From positions 117-64,116 of the forward strand of contig SLOD01000011.1 of NCBI GenBank assembly GCA_007132725.1: 64,000 nt of DNA, read 5' to 3'. Each line of letters begins with the position of its first letter. The first letter of the stretch is position 1. Shown piece after piece: positions 8,569-17,704 of the stretch. The notes beneath the pieces are model-generated. The model saw only the letters and a list, made by a program, of their open reading frames with translations, searched no databases and was not told where the DNA came from. Source of the stretch: Candidatus Sumerlaeota bacterium. GTDB taxonomy: Bacteria > UBP6 > UBA1177. Made by a program: the position numbers and the translations under genes.

Positions 8569-10593
8569 TTATCCTTCTTCCTTAGGCTCTTCCTCTTTAG
8601 GTTCTTCTTTAGGTTCCTCTTTAGGTTCCTCTTTAGGTTCCTCTTTAGGTTCCTCTTTAGGTTCCTCTTTAGGTTCTTCTTTAGGTTCCTCTTTAGGTTC
8701 CTCTTTAGGTTCCTCTTTAGGTTCCTCTTTAGGTTCCTCTTCCTCGGGTTCTTTTTTGGGATCCTCCTCAGACTTTACTTGAGGCTCTTCTTCTTCAGAT
8801 TTTTTCTTTTTCTTTGCTTTTGGAGCAGCCTTGGCTTTTTTTTCAGGTTCCGTTTTTTCCACTTTATCTCCATCAGGAGATTCTTTGTCTACTTTTTCCG
8901 GTTGTTCTTCAGGCTGTTCTTCAGCTTCTTCTTTTTCCAGAACTTTGAAACTATCCCCTATAGAACCAAGTTTTTCGGGCACCTTTTCGACTTTTGCAGA
9001 TTCTTCAATATTTTCCTGCAACTCCTTGTCACTTACAGCTTTGATACTCAAAGATACTTTTCTGTCTGCATCGGAAATGGATTTAATTATAACTTCCATT
9101 GTATCTCCGACATTGTATTCCTTATTTTCATCTTCGAATTCCGACCTATGTACAAGACCTTCAATAGTATCAAAAACTTTTACGAAAACTCCAAAATCAG
9201 CTATTTTTACAACTTCAACCTCGATCTTTTCTCCCGCTTCGTGCTGTTCTTTGAATATTTTCCAAGGATCTTCTGTGAGTTGCTTTACTCCAAGAGAGAA
9301 CCTTTGTTTTTCGGAATCTATGTTAAGCACCATAGCTTCAACTTCATCCCCTTTCTTATAGTATTCCGAGGGATGTTTAAGCTTTCTGTCCCATGTTATG
9401 TCCGAAGTTCTGACTAAACCATCGATTCCGTCTTCTACACCTACAAAAATACCAAAATCTGTAATATTCCTTATGGTTCCTTTGACAATGGTGTTTACAG
9501 GGTATTTCTCTTTCAACAGATCCCACGGATTAGGTTCGATCTGTTTCATACCCAAAGATATCCGTCTGTTTTCAACATCAATTTCAAGTATTTTAACTTC
9601 GACTTCGTCCCCTATCGCCACCATTTTTCCAGGATGTTTTATTCTACGGGTCCAAGACATTTCAGAAATATGGATCAGACCTTCAATACCCTTTTCAAGC
9701 TCAACAAAAGCTCCGTAGTCTTCAAGAGAAACAACCTCACCTGTTACAACCGTTCCAACACCGTATTTTTCAGTAGCATACTTCCATGGATCTTCAGTTA
9801 TCTGCTTTATTCCAAGACTTACTCTTTCAGACTCTTTATCAAATTTGAGTATTTTAACATCTACTTCATCTCCGATCTTAAACATTTCTGACGGGTGATT
9901 TACCCTGCCCCAGGACATATCCGTGATGTGGAGTAAGCCGTCAATTCCACCCAAGTCAACAAAAACTCCGTAATAGGTTATATTTTTTACAAGCCCTTTG
10001 ACTATGGTTTCTTCAGCAAGCTTTTCAAGTGTGGAAGCTTTTAAAGATTCTCTTTCTTTTTCAAGAAAATCTCTTCTGCTTATCACAATGTTCCCTTTCT
10101 TTTTGTCACATTTGATAACCTTGAAATCAAAATTTCTCCCTATCAGCTCATCAACATTTTTAATAGGACGGAGAGCAACTTGTGAATTTGGGAGAAAAGC
10201 TTTCACCCCAATATCAACTGCCAATCCGCCATTTACTTTTGCAACAATAGTACCATTTACCAAAGAACCTTCATCATAAGCCTTTTCCACTGTCTCCCAG
10301 ATCTTAAGTTTTTCGGCTTTTTCTTTTGAAAGACAAATGTTCCCCCCTTCATCTTCCCATTTTTCAACGATGACCTCTACCACATCTCCAACTTTGAGAT
10401 TACTGATCTCTTCTGCTGAAAACTCTGAGGCGGAAATCACACCGTCACTCTTTAGACCTACATCCACAAGGATGAAGTCTTTTCTGACAACACGAACCTC
10501 TCCTTTACAAAGTTCTTCGCTTCCCATCTCTCTTTCACCGGGAAGAAATTCTTCAAGCATTTCTTCAAAACTTTTTTTTGTTTCATCCGTCAT
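8569..10593 (-). CDS. rpsA: 30S ribosomal protein S1 (six S1 domains) with a ~120-aa Lys/Glu/Pro-rich C-terminal extension ending in 12 x PKEE(P).
   Basis: Repeated S1-domain signature (G.V.G.V...GaFV.l..g.dGLlHiS.....r) six times. Confidence 0.85.
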   Translation of the reverse strand: MTDETKKSFEEMLEEFLPGEREMGSEELCKGEVRVVRKDFILVDVGLKSDGVISASEFSAEEISNLKVGDVVEVIVEKWEDEGGNICLSKEKAEKLKIWETVEKAYDEGSLVNGTIVAKVNGGLAVDIGVKAFLPNSQVALRPIKNVDELIGRNFDFKVIKCDKKKGNIVISRRDFLEKERESLKASTLEKLAEETIVKGLVKNITYYGVFVDLGGIDGLLHITDMSWGRVNHPSEMFKIGDEVDVKILKFDKESERVSLGIKQITEDPWKYATEKYGVGTVVTGEVVSLEDYGAFVELEKGIEGLIHISEMSWTRRIKHPGKMVAIGDEVEVKILEIDVENRRISLGMKQIEPNPWDLLKEKYPVNTIVKGTIRNITDFGIFVGVEDGIDGLVRTSDITWDRKLKHPSEYYKKGDEVEAMVLNIDSEKQRFSLGVKQLTEDPWKIFKEQHEAGEKIEVEVVKIADFGVFVKVFDTIEGLVHRSEFEDENKEYNVGDTMEVIIKSISDADRKVSLSIKAVSDKELQENIEESAKVEKVPEKLGSIGDSFKVLEKEEAEEQPEEQPEKVDKESPDGDKVEKTEPEKKAKAAPKAKKKKKSEEEEPQVKSEEDPKKEPEEEEPKEEPKEEPKEEPKEEPKEEPKEEPKEEPKEEPKEEPKEEPKEEPKEEEPKEEG
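8584..8750. repeat. Near-perfect 15-bp tandem repeat (ttcctctttaggttc x~11) at the 3' end of rpsA encoding the PKEE repeats. Not a CRISPR array (no spacers).
   Basis: Direct reading. Confidence 0.85.
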
Positions 10594-10729
10594 TTGTAAA
10601 AATACCTCCTGTTAATATATTCGCTGCTCAGAAACGGAACACTGAACAAACGTGAATGGGATTATAAATTCATAAAGTAAGTTGTCAATAAAAAAAATGT
10701 TGACTTAAAGTCTTTAATTGAGTTAGATA

Positions 10730-13700
10730 TTGGGGCTGATGAGAGCTTATGCTCTAAGAAAATTAACTGAATGTTTGGTTAAAATTATTAATATAACTGT
10801 ATTGGAGGCAATCTTGAAAAAGTTCTTCTTCCTCTCTTTAGTTCTCTTTTTATCAATCTTACCGGAATATCTATCGGCAGATAATGTTGCGGTGTTCCCT
10901 ATCGGAGCCAGCCAAAGAAGCGAATGGAGTCTTGCAAAAGATGTTGACAGGATCATTGACAGAGATCTTCATAAAATAAGTGCTGCCAAAGCCTTGTCTT
11001 TTAGAGAAATCCTTTCTGCCGCTAACAGGAAACTTCTTGCAAGCTGCAGAGCTGATCTTAACTGTCAAAGGGAGATTTCCACAAAAGCAGGACGAAGAGA
11101 TATAGACTTTTTCCTTTTCTCAAGGCTCAGATTTGCTGAAAACAGAGATGTAGTTGTACAGACATATCTTTTTGATAGAAGATACAGCCGGCTTGAAACG
11201 GTTACACTTGAGATGGATTACAATATTTTTGCGGATGAAATAGCAGATAAACTTTTCCAAGCATGGAACAACATGCTGTCCAGACATGTTACCAAAGCAG
11301 CCCCTCCACCTCGCCAAAGGTTCGATGATGATTTTGATGATGATTTTGACAGGAGAGACAGGAGAAGAGAGAGAGAAGATTATGGAAGACCCGCCCCCAG
11401 AACATCGGAAGCTATAATTGCAGAAGGTTTCAGAGCTTATGCTGACGGCAATCTAAGACAAGCGAGATCCCTTTTCCAAAAAGCCGCTTCAAGAGATGTT
11501 GTTGCTCAAAGGCTTTTTAACGCTGTCGATGAGATCGGAAAATATTTAGCAAGAGCAAATGCATCCATAAAGGCGAAAAGATATGAAGAAGCTATTCCAA
11601 TTATAGCTAAAGCGGAAAGCCTTGATGAATCAATAAAAACCCTTGGTCAGAAATACGGAGTATTTTATCAGGAACCTGTCGAAAGAAAAACTTACCTTGA
11701 ACCTACACCAAGAGACATGAAGGTTGTAGAGTCTATACATAAAAGATATGCAGGAAAAACTGAAAAAGCAAGGAGAGACAGGGCTGCCGGAATATCGGAG
11801 ATAGACAAGTGGATAAACCAGAGGATCCGGGATAGAGAAGCAAAGATGAAGCAGTTTGTTGTTGATTCCGAAAACGCTGCTGCCCAGGAAAAGAAGGAAC
11901 TTGCTGAACTGAGAAAAGAAATAAAAGAGCTTCGCCACAAATGGGAACAGGAAGATGATGAAATAGAACAGAAAATCGTTGCTCTTGAAAGCAACCTGAC
12001 TTTGCTTGAACAAAGGGTTAAGGGTGTTGTAAAAGTATCAACAGAAAAAGAAGAAAAAGCAAGGAAGGCGGAGCTCGCAGCAGTAGATAAAAAATATAAG
12101 GAGCTTTTGAAAAAACTTCGTGAAGAAAGAAATGCTTTTTATGAAAAGCAAAAAGCGGAACTTGAAGAAGGTTCAAAAAATGTAGAAGCAAAAGTTGCGA
12201 AACTCCAGAAGCAAAAAAGTGAAAATGAGGAAGCTATAAGAAAGATAGATAAAAAGATAGAAGCTGCTACCAGAGAGTTTGAAGAATCAGAAAGAAAATA
12301 CTCAAGAGGAACTGAAGGGGTTAGGCTGAAACAGGAAGACGAAGACAGAAGATTCGCCGTTGAAGTTGAGAAGGAATATCAGGCTAAATTCGATGAATTA
12401 AACGAAAAATTAAGAGCTTATGATAAAAAAGATGCGGAGAGAAGAGAAGCCCTGAAGGTATTTGACAGAGAAATAGAAGACTTCCTTATGAAAAATGTGG
12501 AAATTATGTCTGCGTTTCAGGAAGATGTTGAAAAAGAAAGAACCGTTCTTGATAAAAAGTATAAAGGAAAGAAAGAAACCGCCGCTTCAGATGCTGAAAA
12601 AGAGTGGAACAAAAAACTTGAAGACTTTACTTCAGAAAAAAATGAGATAGAAGCCAAAATAGCAGAAGAAGAAACTCCGGCTTTAAAGAAACAGTTGGCA
12701 CAAATTGAAAAAAAGATATCAGCCCATGAAGAAAACAAAGACTCGTTTATCGCAGAAAAAGTTATGCAGGTGGAAATGGAACATGAGATGAAGTCTGCAG
12801 AACTTGATATGAAGCTTGTAAACAGGAACAACGAGCTTCAAAAAGAAAATAATGCTTTCAGAGATAAAAAACTGGCTGAAAAAAAGAAAGCCGAAGCCGA
12901 CTACAAAAATTTCCTCAAAAGAAAAGAGGATTTTAGAAAAAGCATAGAACGACAGGTAGAAATGGCACAGAAAGACAGAGACAATAAAATCGAAAAACGT
13001 AGAAAAGAAAGAGGTGCTCTTGCCACTACTTGGGAAAAAGAAGCAGAAAAAAGAAAACTTGCTTTTGAAAAGTCTATACAACCTGACAGAAATTTAAGGG
13101 AAAAACTTATTAAAGCAAATGAAAAGATCGACGATGATATTGTAAAAATCAATGATGCCTGGGAAAATCGGAGTCAAGATATAAGAATAGAACACCATAC
13201 CTCCTCAGAAAAATTTGAGGAAAATTGGAAAGAGCGATTCTCAAAAACAGAAGAAGAGTTTAAAGAAGCCAGAGAAGCTGTCGAAGACAAGTATGCTGAT
13301 AAACAACTGCAAGCCAGAGAAGCCCAGAAACGACAGAGAGTTGAATGGGAAGAAGCGATACAGGCTTTAAATGAGAAAAAAGCAAGGAATCAAAAAGAAA
13401 GACAAGCTATACTTGATCAAAAAAGGATGGAATGGGAAGAAAGACAGGCTGAAAGAAAAAGAGAAGAAGAGCAGAGAAAAATTGACAGAGAAAACTTTGC
13501 CGAAGAAATGAAAAGACTGAATACAGAAGATCGGGCTGAAGCAGCTATGAAGCGGAAAGATGTTGAAAGAAGATTCAAAGAAGCCACTGGCGATATATAT
13601 CAAGCTCAAATTGACGAAATCCGCAGCAAATTTCCTGACGATTTCAGATACACCAGAAGAAGAGAAGTTGTAGGAGTAAGAGCAAGCGAAAATATCCAGC

Positions 13701-13993
13701 TATTAAAAGCCAGCGCTCTTGCTCAAAGCGGACTTTTAAAATTACAGGACAGAGATATTCTCAATGCAAAAAGGCTTTTTGCCGAAACTCTGTTCCTTGA
13801 CAGTAACAACAAGATAGCACTGGATGGTATGAGATCCATTGAACTTACTGCGAAATCAATGTACTGGGAAGCTTTCGGAATGAGAGAAACAGACAGGGCC
13901 AAGGCAAGAGAAATATTTTCCTTGCTGGTACAAACACTGATGCCGTCCAGCGAATATTTTGTCAGAGCTAAAATTGCACTCGAAGACTTATAA
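10730..13993 (+). CDS. Large secreted or periplasmic coiled-coil protein of ~1060 aa. Probable true start is TTG 10814 (MKKFFFLSLVLFLSIL signal peptide) with GGAGG at 10804-10808. Architecture: ~130-aa N-domain, DDDFDDDFDRRDRRRERE linker, ~700 aa of E/K/R-rich heptad coil, C-terminal TPR-like helical domain.
   Basis: Signal peptide and extreme charged-coil composition read from the translation. No catalytic motifs. Its 3' end overlaps the dxr 3' end convergently by 6 nt. Confidence 0.55.
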   Translation: MGLMRAYALRKLTECLVKIINITVLEAILKKFFFLSLVLFLSILPEYLSADNVAVFPIGASQRSEWSLAKDVDRIIDRDLHKISAAKALSFREILSAANRKLLASCRADLNCQREISTKAGRRDIDFFLFSRLRFAENRDVVVQTYLFDRRYSRLETVTLEMDYNIFADEIADKLFQAWNNMLSRHVTKAAPPPRQRFDDDFDDDFDRRDRRREREDYGRPAPRTSEAIIAEGFRAYADGNLRQARSLFQKAASRDVVAQRLFNAVDEIGKYLARANASIKAKRYEEAIPIIAKAESLDESIKTLGQKYGVFYQEPVERKTYLEPTPRDMKVVESIHKRYAGKTEKARRDRAAGISEIDKWINQRIRDREAKMKQFVVDSENAAAQEKKELAELRKEIKELRHKWEQEDDEIEQKIVALESNLTLLEQRVKGVVKVSTEKEEKARKAELAAVDKKYKELLKKLREERNAFYEKQKAELEEGSKNVEAKVAKLQKQKSENEEAIRKIDKKIEAATREFEESERKYSRGTEGVRLKQEDEDRRFAVEVEKEYQAKFDELNEKLRAYDKKDAERREALKVFDREIEDFLMKNVEIMSAFQEDVEKERTVLDKKYKGKKETAASDAEKEWNKKLEDFTSEKNEIEAKIAEEETPALKKQLAQIEKKISAHEENKDSFIAEKVMQVEMEHEMKSAELDMKLVNRNNELQKENNAFRDKKLAEKKKAEADYKNFLKRKEDFRKSIERQVEMAQKDRDNKIEKRRKERGALATTWEKEAEKRKLAFEKSIQPDRNLREKLIKANEKIDDDIVKINDAWENRSQDIRIEHHTSSEKFEENWKERFSKTEEEFKEAREAVEDKYADKQLQAREAQKRQRVEWEEAIQALNEKKARNQKERQAILDQKRMEWEERQAERKREEEQRKIDRENFAEEMKRLNTEDRAEAAMKRKDVERRFKEATGDIYQAQIDEIRSKFPDDFRYTRRREVVGVRASENIQLLKASALAQSGLLKLQDRDILNAKRLFAETLFLDSNNKIALDGMRSIELTAKSMYWEAFGMRETDRAKAREIFSLLVQTLMPSSEYFVRAKIALEDL

Positions 13994-15142
13994 TAGAGTT
14001 TTTGAATACTTTTCTATCTTTCTGATCAGTTCTTCTATTTCATAAATATACGTCGGGGAATTGATACCTGAAAACTTTTCAACTGACTTAGAAACTATTT
14101 CGTGAATACCTCTGATCTTTATTTCCTTTTTAATAAATTTGTCAACAGCGATCTCATCTGAAACAGCATAAGCTATCATCCCTGAGTAGTCTTCGTGTTT
14201 AATAAGGTCGAAAGCTATTTTTAAAAGTGGATACTTTTTAAGATCCGGAGAATAAAAAGACATTTTTTTCCCGGAATAAGAAAATAAAACATCAGGAATG
14301 TTCTCTGTCAGAGGAAGCATTTCCGGATATGCAAGAGCAGCGGCAACAGGCCCCAGCATGCTGCTTGGTGCCACCTGTGCTTTGCTGGATCCATCCTTGA
14401 ATAAAATTATCGCATGAACATCCACTTCCGGATGGATCAAGACATCCAGCTTTTCAGGCTGAATTCCAAAAAGCCAGTAGGCCTCTATAAGCTCAAGACC
14501 TTTATTGAGCATTGTTGCACTGTCAATCGTCACCTTCGCACCCATATTCCATACCGGATGATTTAATGCCGCTTGCACATCGCTGTTAAGCATCTCTTCC
14601 AAAGAGATATCTCTGAATGCACCACCAGAGGCAGTTAAATAGACTTTTAGTGAATTTTCAATATCATTTTCCCCAATTATCTGCATTAAAGCAGCATGTT
14701 CACTATCTACCGGAATTATTTTATTTCTGTCTGAAGTAATATTTTTGCCAAGAAGACACCCCGCTATGACAACAGACTCTTTATTTGCAAGACATACAGG
14801 AATGCCCATTTTTACGGCTTCCACTGTTGTTTTCCATCCGGCATTTCCAGCAATTGCCATTACAATTTTGTCAGGATGTAAATTGAGTAATTTTAAAAGC
14901 CCTTCTTCTCCACTAAAGATACTTGTTTTATCAAATTCAACCTCACTTTCTTTATCTTTTTCTTTAACTGAAACTGCCTGCAAAGAAGAACGATGCTTAC
15001 TTATTATGGCGTTAAGCCCGGAAATGTTATCCCCTGCACTGCAGCCTATAAGTTCAAACTTTTCGGGAAATGCTGAAATTATCTTTTCAGCACTTGTACC
15101 GACCGAACCGGTTATCCCTAAAACTACAATTTTACAACGCAT
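13988..15142 (-). CDS. dxr: 1-deoxy-D-xylulose-5-phosphate reductoisomerase.
   Basis: N-terminal KIVVLGITGSVGTS NADPH loop; ~384 aa typical Dxr. Confidence 0.85.
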   Translation of the reverse strand: MRCKIVVLGITGSVGTSAEKIISAFPEKFELIGCSAGDNISGLNAIISKHRSSLQAVSVKEKDKESEVEFDKTSIFSGEEGLLKLLNLHPDKIVMAIAGNAGWKTTVEAVKMGIPVCLANKESVVIAGCLLGKNITSDRNKIIPVDSEHAALMQIIGENDIENSLKVYLTASGGAFRDISLEEMLNSDVQAALNHPVWNMGAKVTIDSATMLNKGLELIEAYWLFGIQPEKLDVLIHPEVDVHAIILFKDGSSKAQVAPSSMLGPVAAALAYPEMLPLTENIPDVLFSYSGKKMSFYSPDLKKYPLLKIAFDLIKHEDYSGMIAYAVSDEIAVDKFIKKEIKIRGIHEIVSKSVEKFSGINSPTYIYEIEELIRKIEKYSKTLL

Positions 15143-15995
15143 AGGACCTTATCAGAAAACCGATAAAAATTATAGCAACAGAAAAAAGAAGGGAATCACA
15201 TCTGTCAAGAATTCCTCCATGACCTGGAAAGAGTTTTCCTGAATCTTTAACCCCGGCATTTCTCTTTATCAAAGATTCAACCAAGTCTCCTGCTTGTCCG
15301 AAAATCCCGATAAAAAGTGAAACAGTGATGACATACCAGGCACTTTCATATTTTAGCAGAGTAAACGCAAAAACTGCACCGGTTATAACTGAAAACAGTG
15401 TTCCGGAGACAGCACCCTCCCAGGTTTTATTAGGACTTATCACAGGTGCAAATTTTCTTTTCCCGAAAAACCTTCCACCATAATATGCTCCGGTATCACA
15501 TATCCAGGGAACAACAAAAGCAAAAGCGAGCCAATGATGACCATCTGTCTGATGTCTGATAGCAGAAAAAAGTCCGAAAGTGAGCCCCAAATAGAAAAAA
15601 CCTGATAGATAAAGCAACATCTTTTTCAACTTCATATCCACACTGTCCTTTCCGATTAACGAAAGAACAGGAATTAAAACAACGGCACCGGTAGCAGTGA
15701 GGAAAAACCGTCTTAACAACGGAAGCATGGTGTAGAAGTCATTTATAGTGATATCCCCTATGCTCCTGATCGCTCCCAGACCATTTATACTGTCTATCAT
15801 AAGCAGCATCAAAACAGATGAAAAGGCAAAAAGGATGTCTTTTTTTAAATTAAAAATGGATATGAATTCCAAATAAGCAAGATAAGCAAATATCATCATC
15901 AGCCAGACAAATATTCTTTCCGGAAGAAGGTATACCGCTGACATAACAACAGGTATTAAAAGAAGTCCCGTTACATATCTTTTCCATTCTTTCAT
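15132..15995 (-). CDS. cdsA: Phosphatidate cytidylyltransferase.
   Basis: Polytopic membrane protein with the CdsA C-terminal signature GHGGILDRxDS. Confidence 0.85.
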   Translation of the reverse strand: MKEWKRYVTGLLLIPVVMSAVYLLPERIFVWLMMIFAYLAYLEFISIFNLKKDILFAFSSVLMLLMIDSINGLGAIRSIGDITINDFYTMLPLLRRFFLTATGAVVLIPVLSLIGKDSVDMKLKKMLLYLSGFFYLGLTFGLFSAIRHQTDGHHWLAFAFVVPWICDTGAYYGGRFFGKRKFAPVISPNKTWEGAVSGTLFSVITGAVFAFTLLKYESAWYVITVSLFIGIFGQAGDLVESLIKRNAGVKDSGKLFPGHGGILDRCDSLLFSVAIIFIGFLIRSYAL

Positions 15996-15996
15996 T

Positions 15997-16833
15997 TCAA
16001 CTCCTTATCTGTTCCGTAGTTTTTCCAAATCGTCTTTCTCTGTTTGAATACTCTTTTATAGCATCTACAAAATTTTCCTTTTTAAAGTCAGGCCACAATA
16101 CATCTGTAAAATAAAGCTCAGAGTAGGCTATCTGCCACAACAGATAGTTACTTATCCTTATTTCACCTGAAGTCCTTAACAATAGATCAGGGTCAGGAAT
16201 ATCATGAGTGTAAAGGTGTTTTTTCATCACTTGGGAGTCAATATCTTCAACTTCCAGGTACCCCTTTTTCACTTGAAGAGCTATCTCTTTTACCGCTTTT
16301 AATATTTCATCCCTTGAACCATAACCCAGAGCAACGGTCAAAGTCATCTCATAACTTTGGCTTGAGGTTTCCTCAGATAAAGCAAGTGCTGCTTCTCTGA
16401 TCTTTTCAGGGACATTGCCCAAATCACCGATGAAATTAAGACGGATATTATTGTCAAGAAGCAAGTCCCGTCTCTTTTTGACACTTTGAGCAAGAAGAGA
16501 CATTAAACCATCCACTTCATCTCTGGGCCTTGACCAGTTCTCAGAAGAAAAAGCGTATAAAGTTAAATACCTTACCCCTATTTCTCTACTGAACCTAACT
16601 ATTTCATCTACCCTTTTTTCACCCTCAGCATGTCCTTTTAATCTGTTCCAAAATCTTTTTTTCGCCCATCTTCCATTCCCATCCATTATAACGGCTACAT
16701 GAGAAGGTATTTTATAGCCATTAAGTCCATATTTTTCTAGTCTTTCTTTCGTCATTTTACACCGAGATATTTGACTGGATTCACCCCTGTTTTCCTTCCA
16801 GAGCCTTATTAGCTTTTTCTGTGAGTTTCGCAA
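15997..16833 (-). CDS. uppS: Undecaprenyl-diphosphate synthase (isoprenyl transferase). Likely true start MTKERLEKYG at about 16755.
   Basis: HVAVIMDGNGRWAKKR and ...SxxNWxRP... motifs. Confidence 0.85.
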   Translation of the reverse strand: MRNSQKKLIRLWKENRGESSQISRCKMTKERLEKYGLNGYKIPSHVAVIMDGNGRWAKKRFWNRLKGHAEGEKRVDEIVRFSREIGVRYLTLYAFSSENWSRPRDEVDGLMSLLAQSVKKRRDLLLDNNIRLNFIGDLGNVPEKIREAALALSEETSSQSYEMTLTVALGYGSRDEILKAVKEIALQVKKGYLEVEDIDSQVMKKHLYTHDIPDPDLLLRTSGEIRISNYLLWQIAYSELYFTDVLWPDFKKENFVDAIKEYSNRERRFGKTTEQIRS

Positions 16834-17704
16834 TATAAGAATTGTTCTTTTCCATTGAAGCAGCCATTTTGAGCTGCGTTAAAGCAGATTTATAGTCCTT
16901 TTGATCCATTGCTTTACATGCCAGCCGGGCAAATCTTCTGGCTTGCGGGTTTTCAATAGTATCTTCCAGATTTTCCTCGTATGCCACTTTCATCCTGAAA
17001 TCGAATCTTTTAAGTTCAGGATTTTCAGAAAGCATTCTGTCATATATAGCTCTCCTGTTGGGGTGACTGAGGACAGAGTACGCTTCATTTGCTCTTTTCG
17101 TTATTTCATATGTCATATTCCGTATGTCAGAAGGAACATTCCTGAATTTATCAGGATGATATTTTCTTGCTAAAGAAACATACTTTTTTTTGATCTCTTC
17201 ACTTGCCGCCTTGGAAGATAGGTTGAAAAACTGATAATAATTCAGGTTATCCATCGAAGAAAAAAAGTTTTTGATCGTCTCGATGAAATCCTTGGTCATT
17301 ATGTCCGGCACCTTAACATTTCTCTCTATCTTCTCTATCACATTTTTTACAGCAGTGAGCAAAGTCTCACTGTTGACCGGGAGTTTAAAAAATGCTGCTG
17401 CTCCGTATTTGTCAGCGATCCCTTGGGAAACTTCCGGACCTTCAGGCACACCAAGCAAAATAAAGCTTTTAGCTTTACTGATAACAGGTAAAGCTTTTAA
17501 CCAGACACCTTCTTTTAAAAGAGACGAAACTATGACCGTAGAATATTCAGACAAGGGAAGTTTTGAAAGAGATTTTATTTCAGATACAGTATCCACCTCG
17601 CTTTCACTGATCTTATTGACTAAAAACAGTTTAAGGGATTGTAGATACTTTTCATCTTTCATCAGTATAAGGATTTTCGGTTTCATATCACTACTCCAAA
17701 CCAA
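16781..17704 (-). CDS. J-domain protein with an N-terminal degenerate (pseudo-)receiver domain and a C-terminal TPR-like helical region.
   Basis: J domain: [16 protein letters not shown]-terminus: MKPKILIL...VIVSSLL (no phospho-acceptor Asp)...FFKLP (REC-like K-P). Confidence 0.6.
   Translation of the reverse strand: MVWSSDMKPKILILMKDEKYLQSLKLFLVNKISESEVDTVSEIKSLSKLPLSEYSTVIVSSLLKEGVWLKALPVISKAKSFILLGVPEGPEVSQGIADKYGAAAFFKLPVNSETLLTAVKNVIEKIERNVKVPDIMTKDFIETIKNFFSSMDNLNYYQFFNLSSKAASEEIKKKYVSLARKYHPDKFRNVPSDIRNMTYEITKRANEAYSVLSHPNRRAIYDRMLSENPELKRFDFRMKVAYEENLEDTIENPQARRFARLACKAMDQKDYKSALTQLKMAASMEKNNSYIAKLTEKANKALEGKQG

Noticed and set aside
8584-8750. Regular 15-bp direct repeats considered as a possible CRISPR array.
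   Set aside because: The repeats are contiguous with no spacers, lie in frame inside rpsA and encode PKEE repeats. There are no cas genes nearby.
8779-10615. Several plus-strand ORFs (8779-9417, 8831-9361, 9398-9718, 9634-9891, 9998-10279, 10337-10615) opposite rpsA.
   Set aside because: Low-complexity F/S/L-rich translations antisense to a highly conserved S1 gene; typical shadow ORFs.
10730-10813. The annotated ATG-proximal start (MGLMRAYALRKLTEC...) of the large coiled-coil protein.
   Set aside because: A TTG at 10814 preceded by GGAGG at optimal spacing gives a textbook signal peptide. The upstream 28 codons lack an RBS and would bury the signal peptide, so they are probably not translated.
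11630-13609. Minus-strand ORFs (11630-12013, 11692-11994, 12517-12831, 12719-13081, 12901-13152, 13367-13609) inside the coiled-coil gene.
   Set aside because: Antisense of an A/G-rich Lys/Glu-codon sequence yields long open F/S/L frames with no start context; these are artefacts.
16781-16833. Apparent 53-nt overlap between the J-domain gene 3' end and the uppS 5' end.
   Set aside because: Probably an artefact of the longest-ORF call. uppS most likely starts at MTKERLEKYG (about 16755), which removes the overlap.
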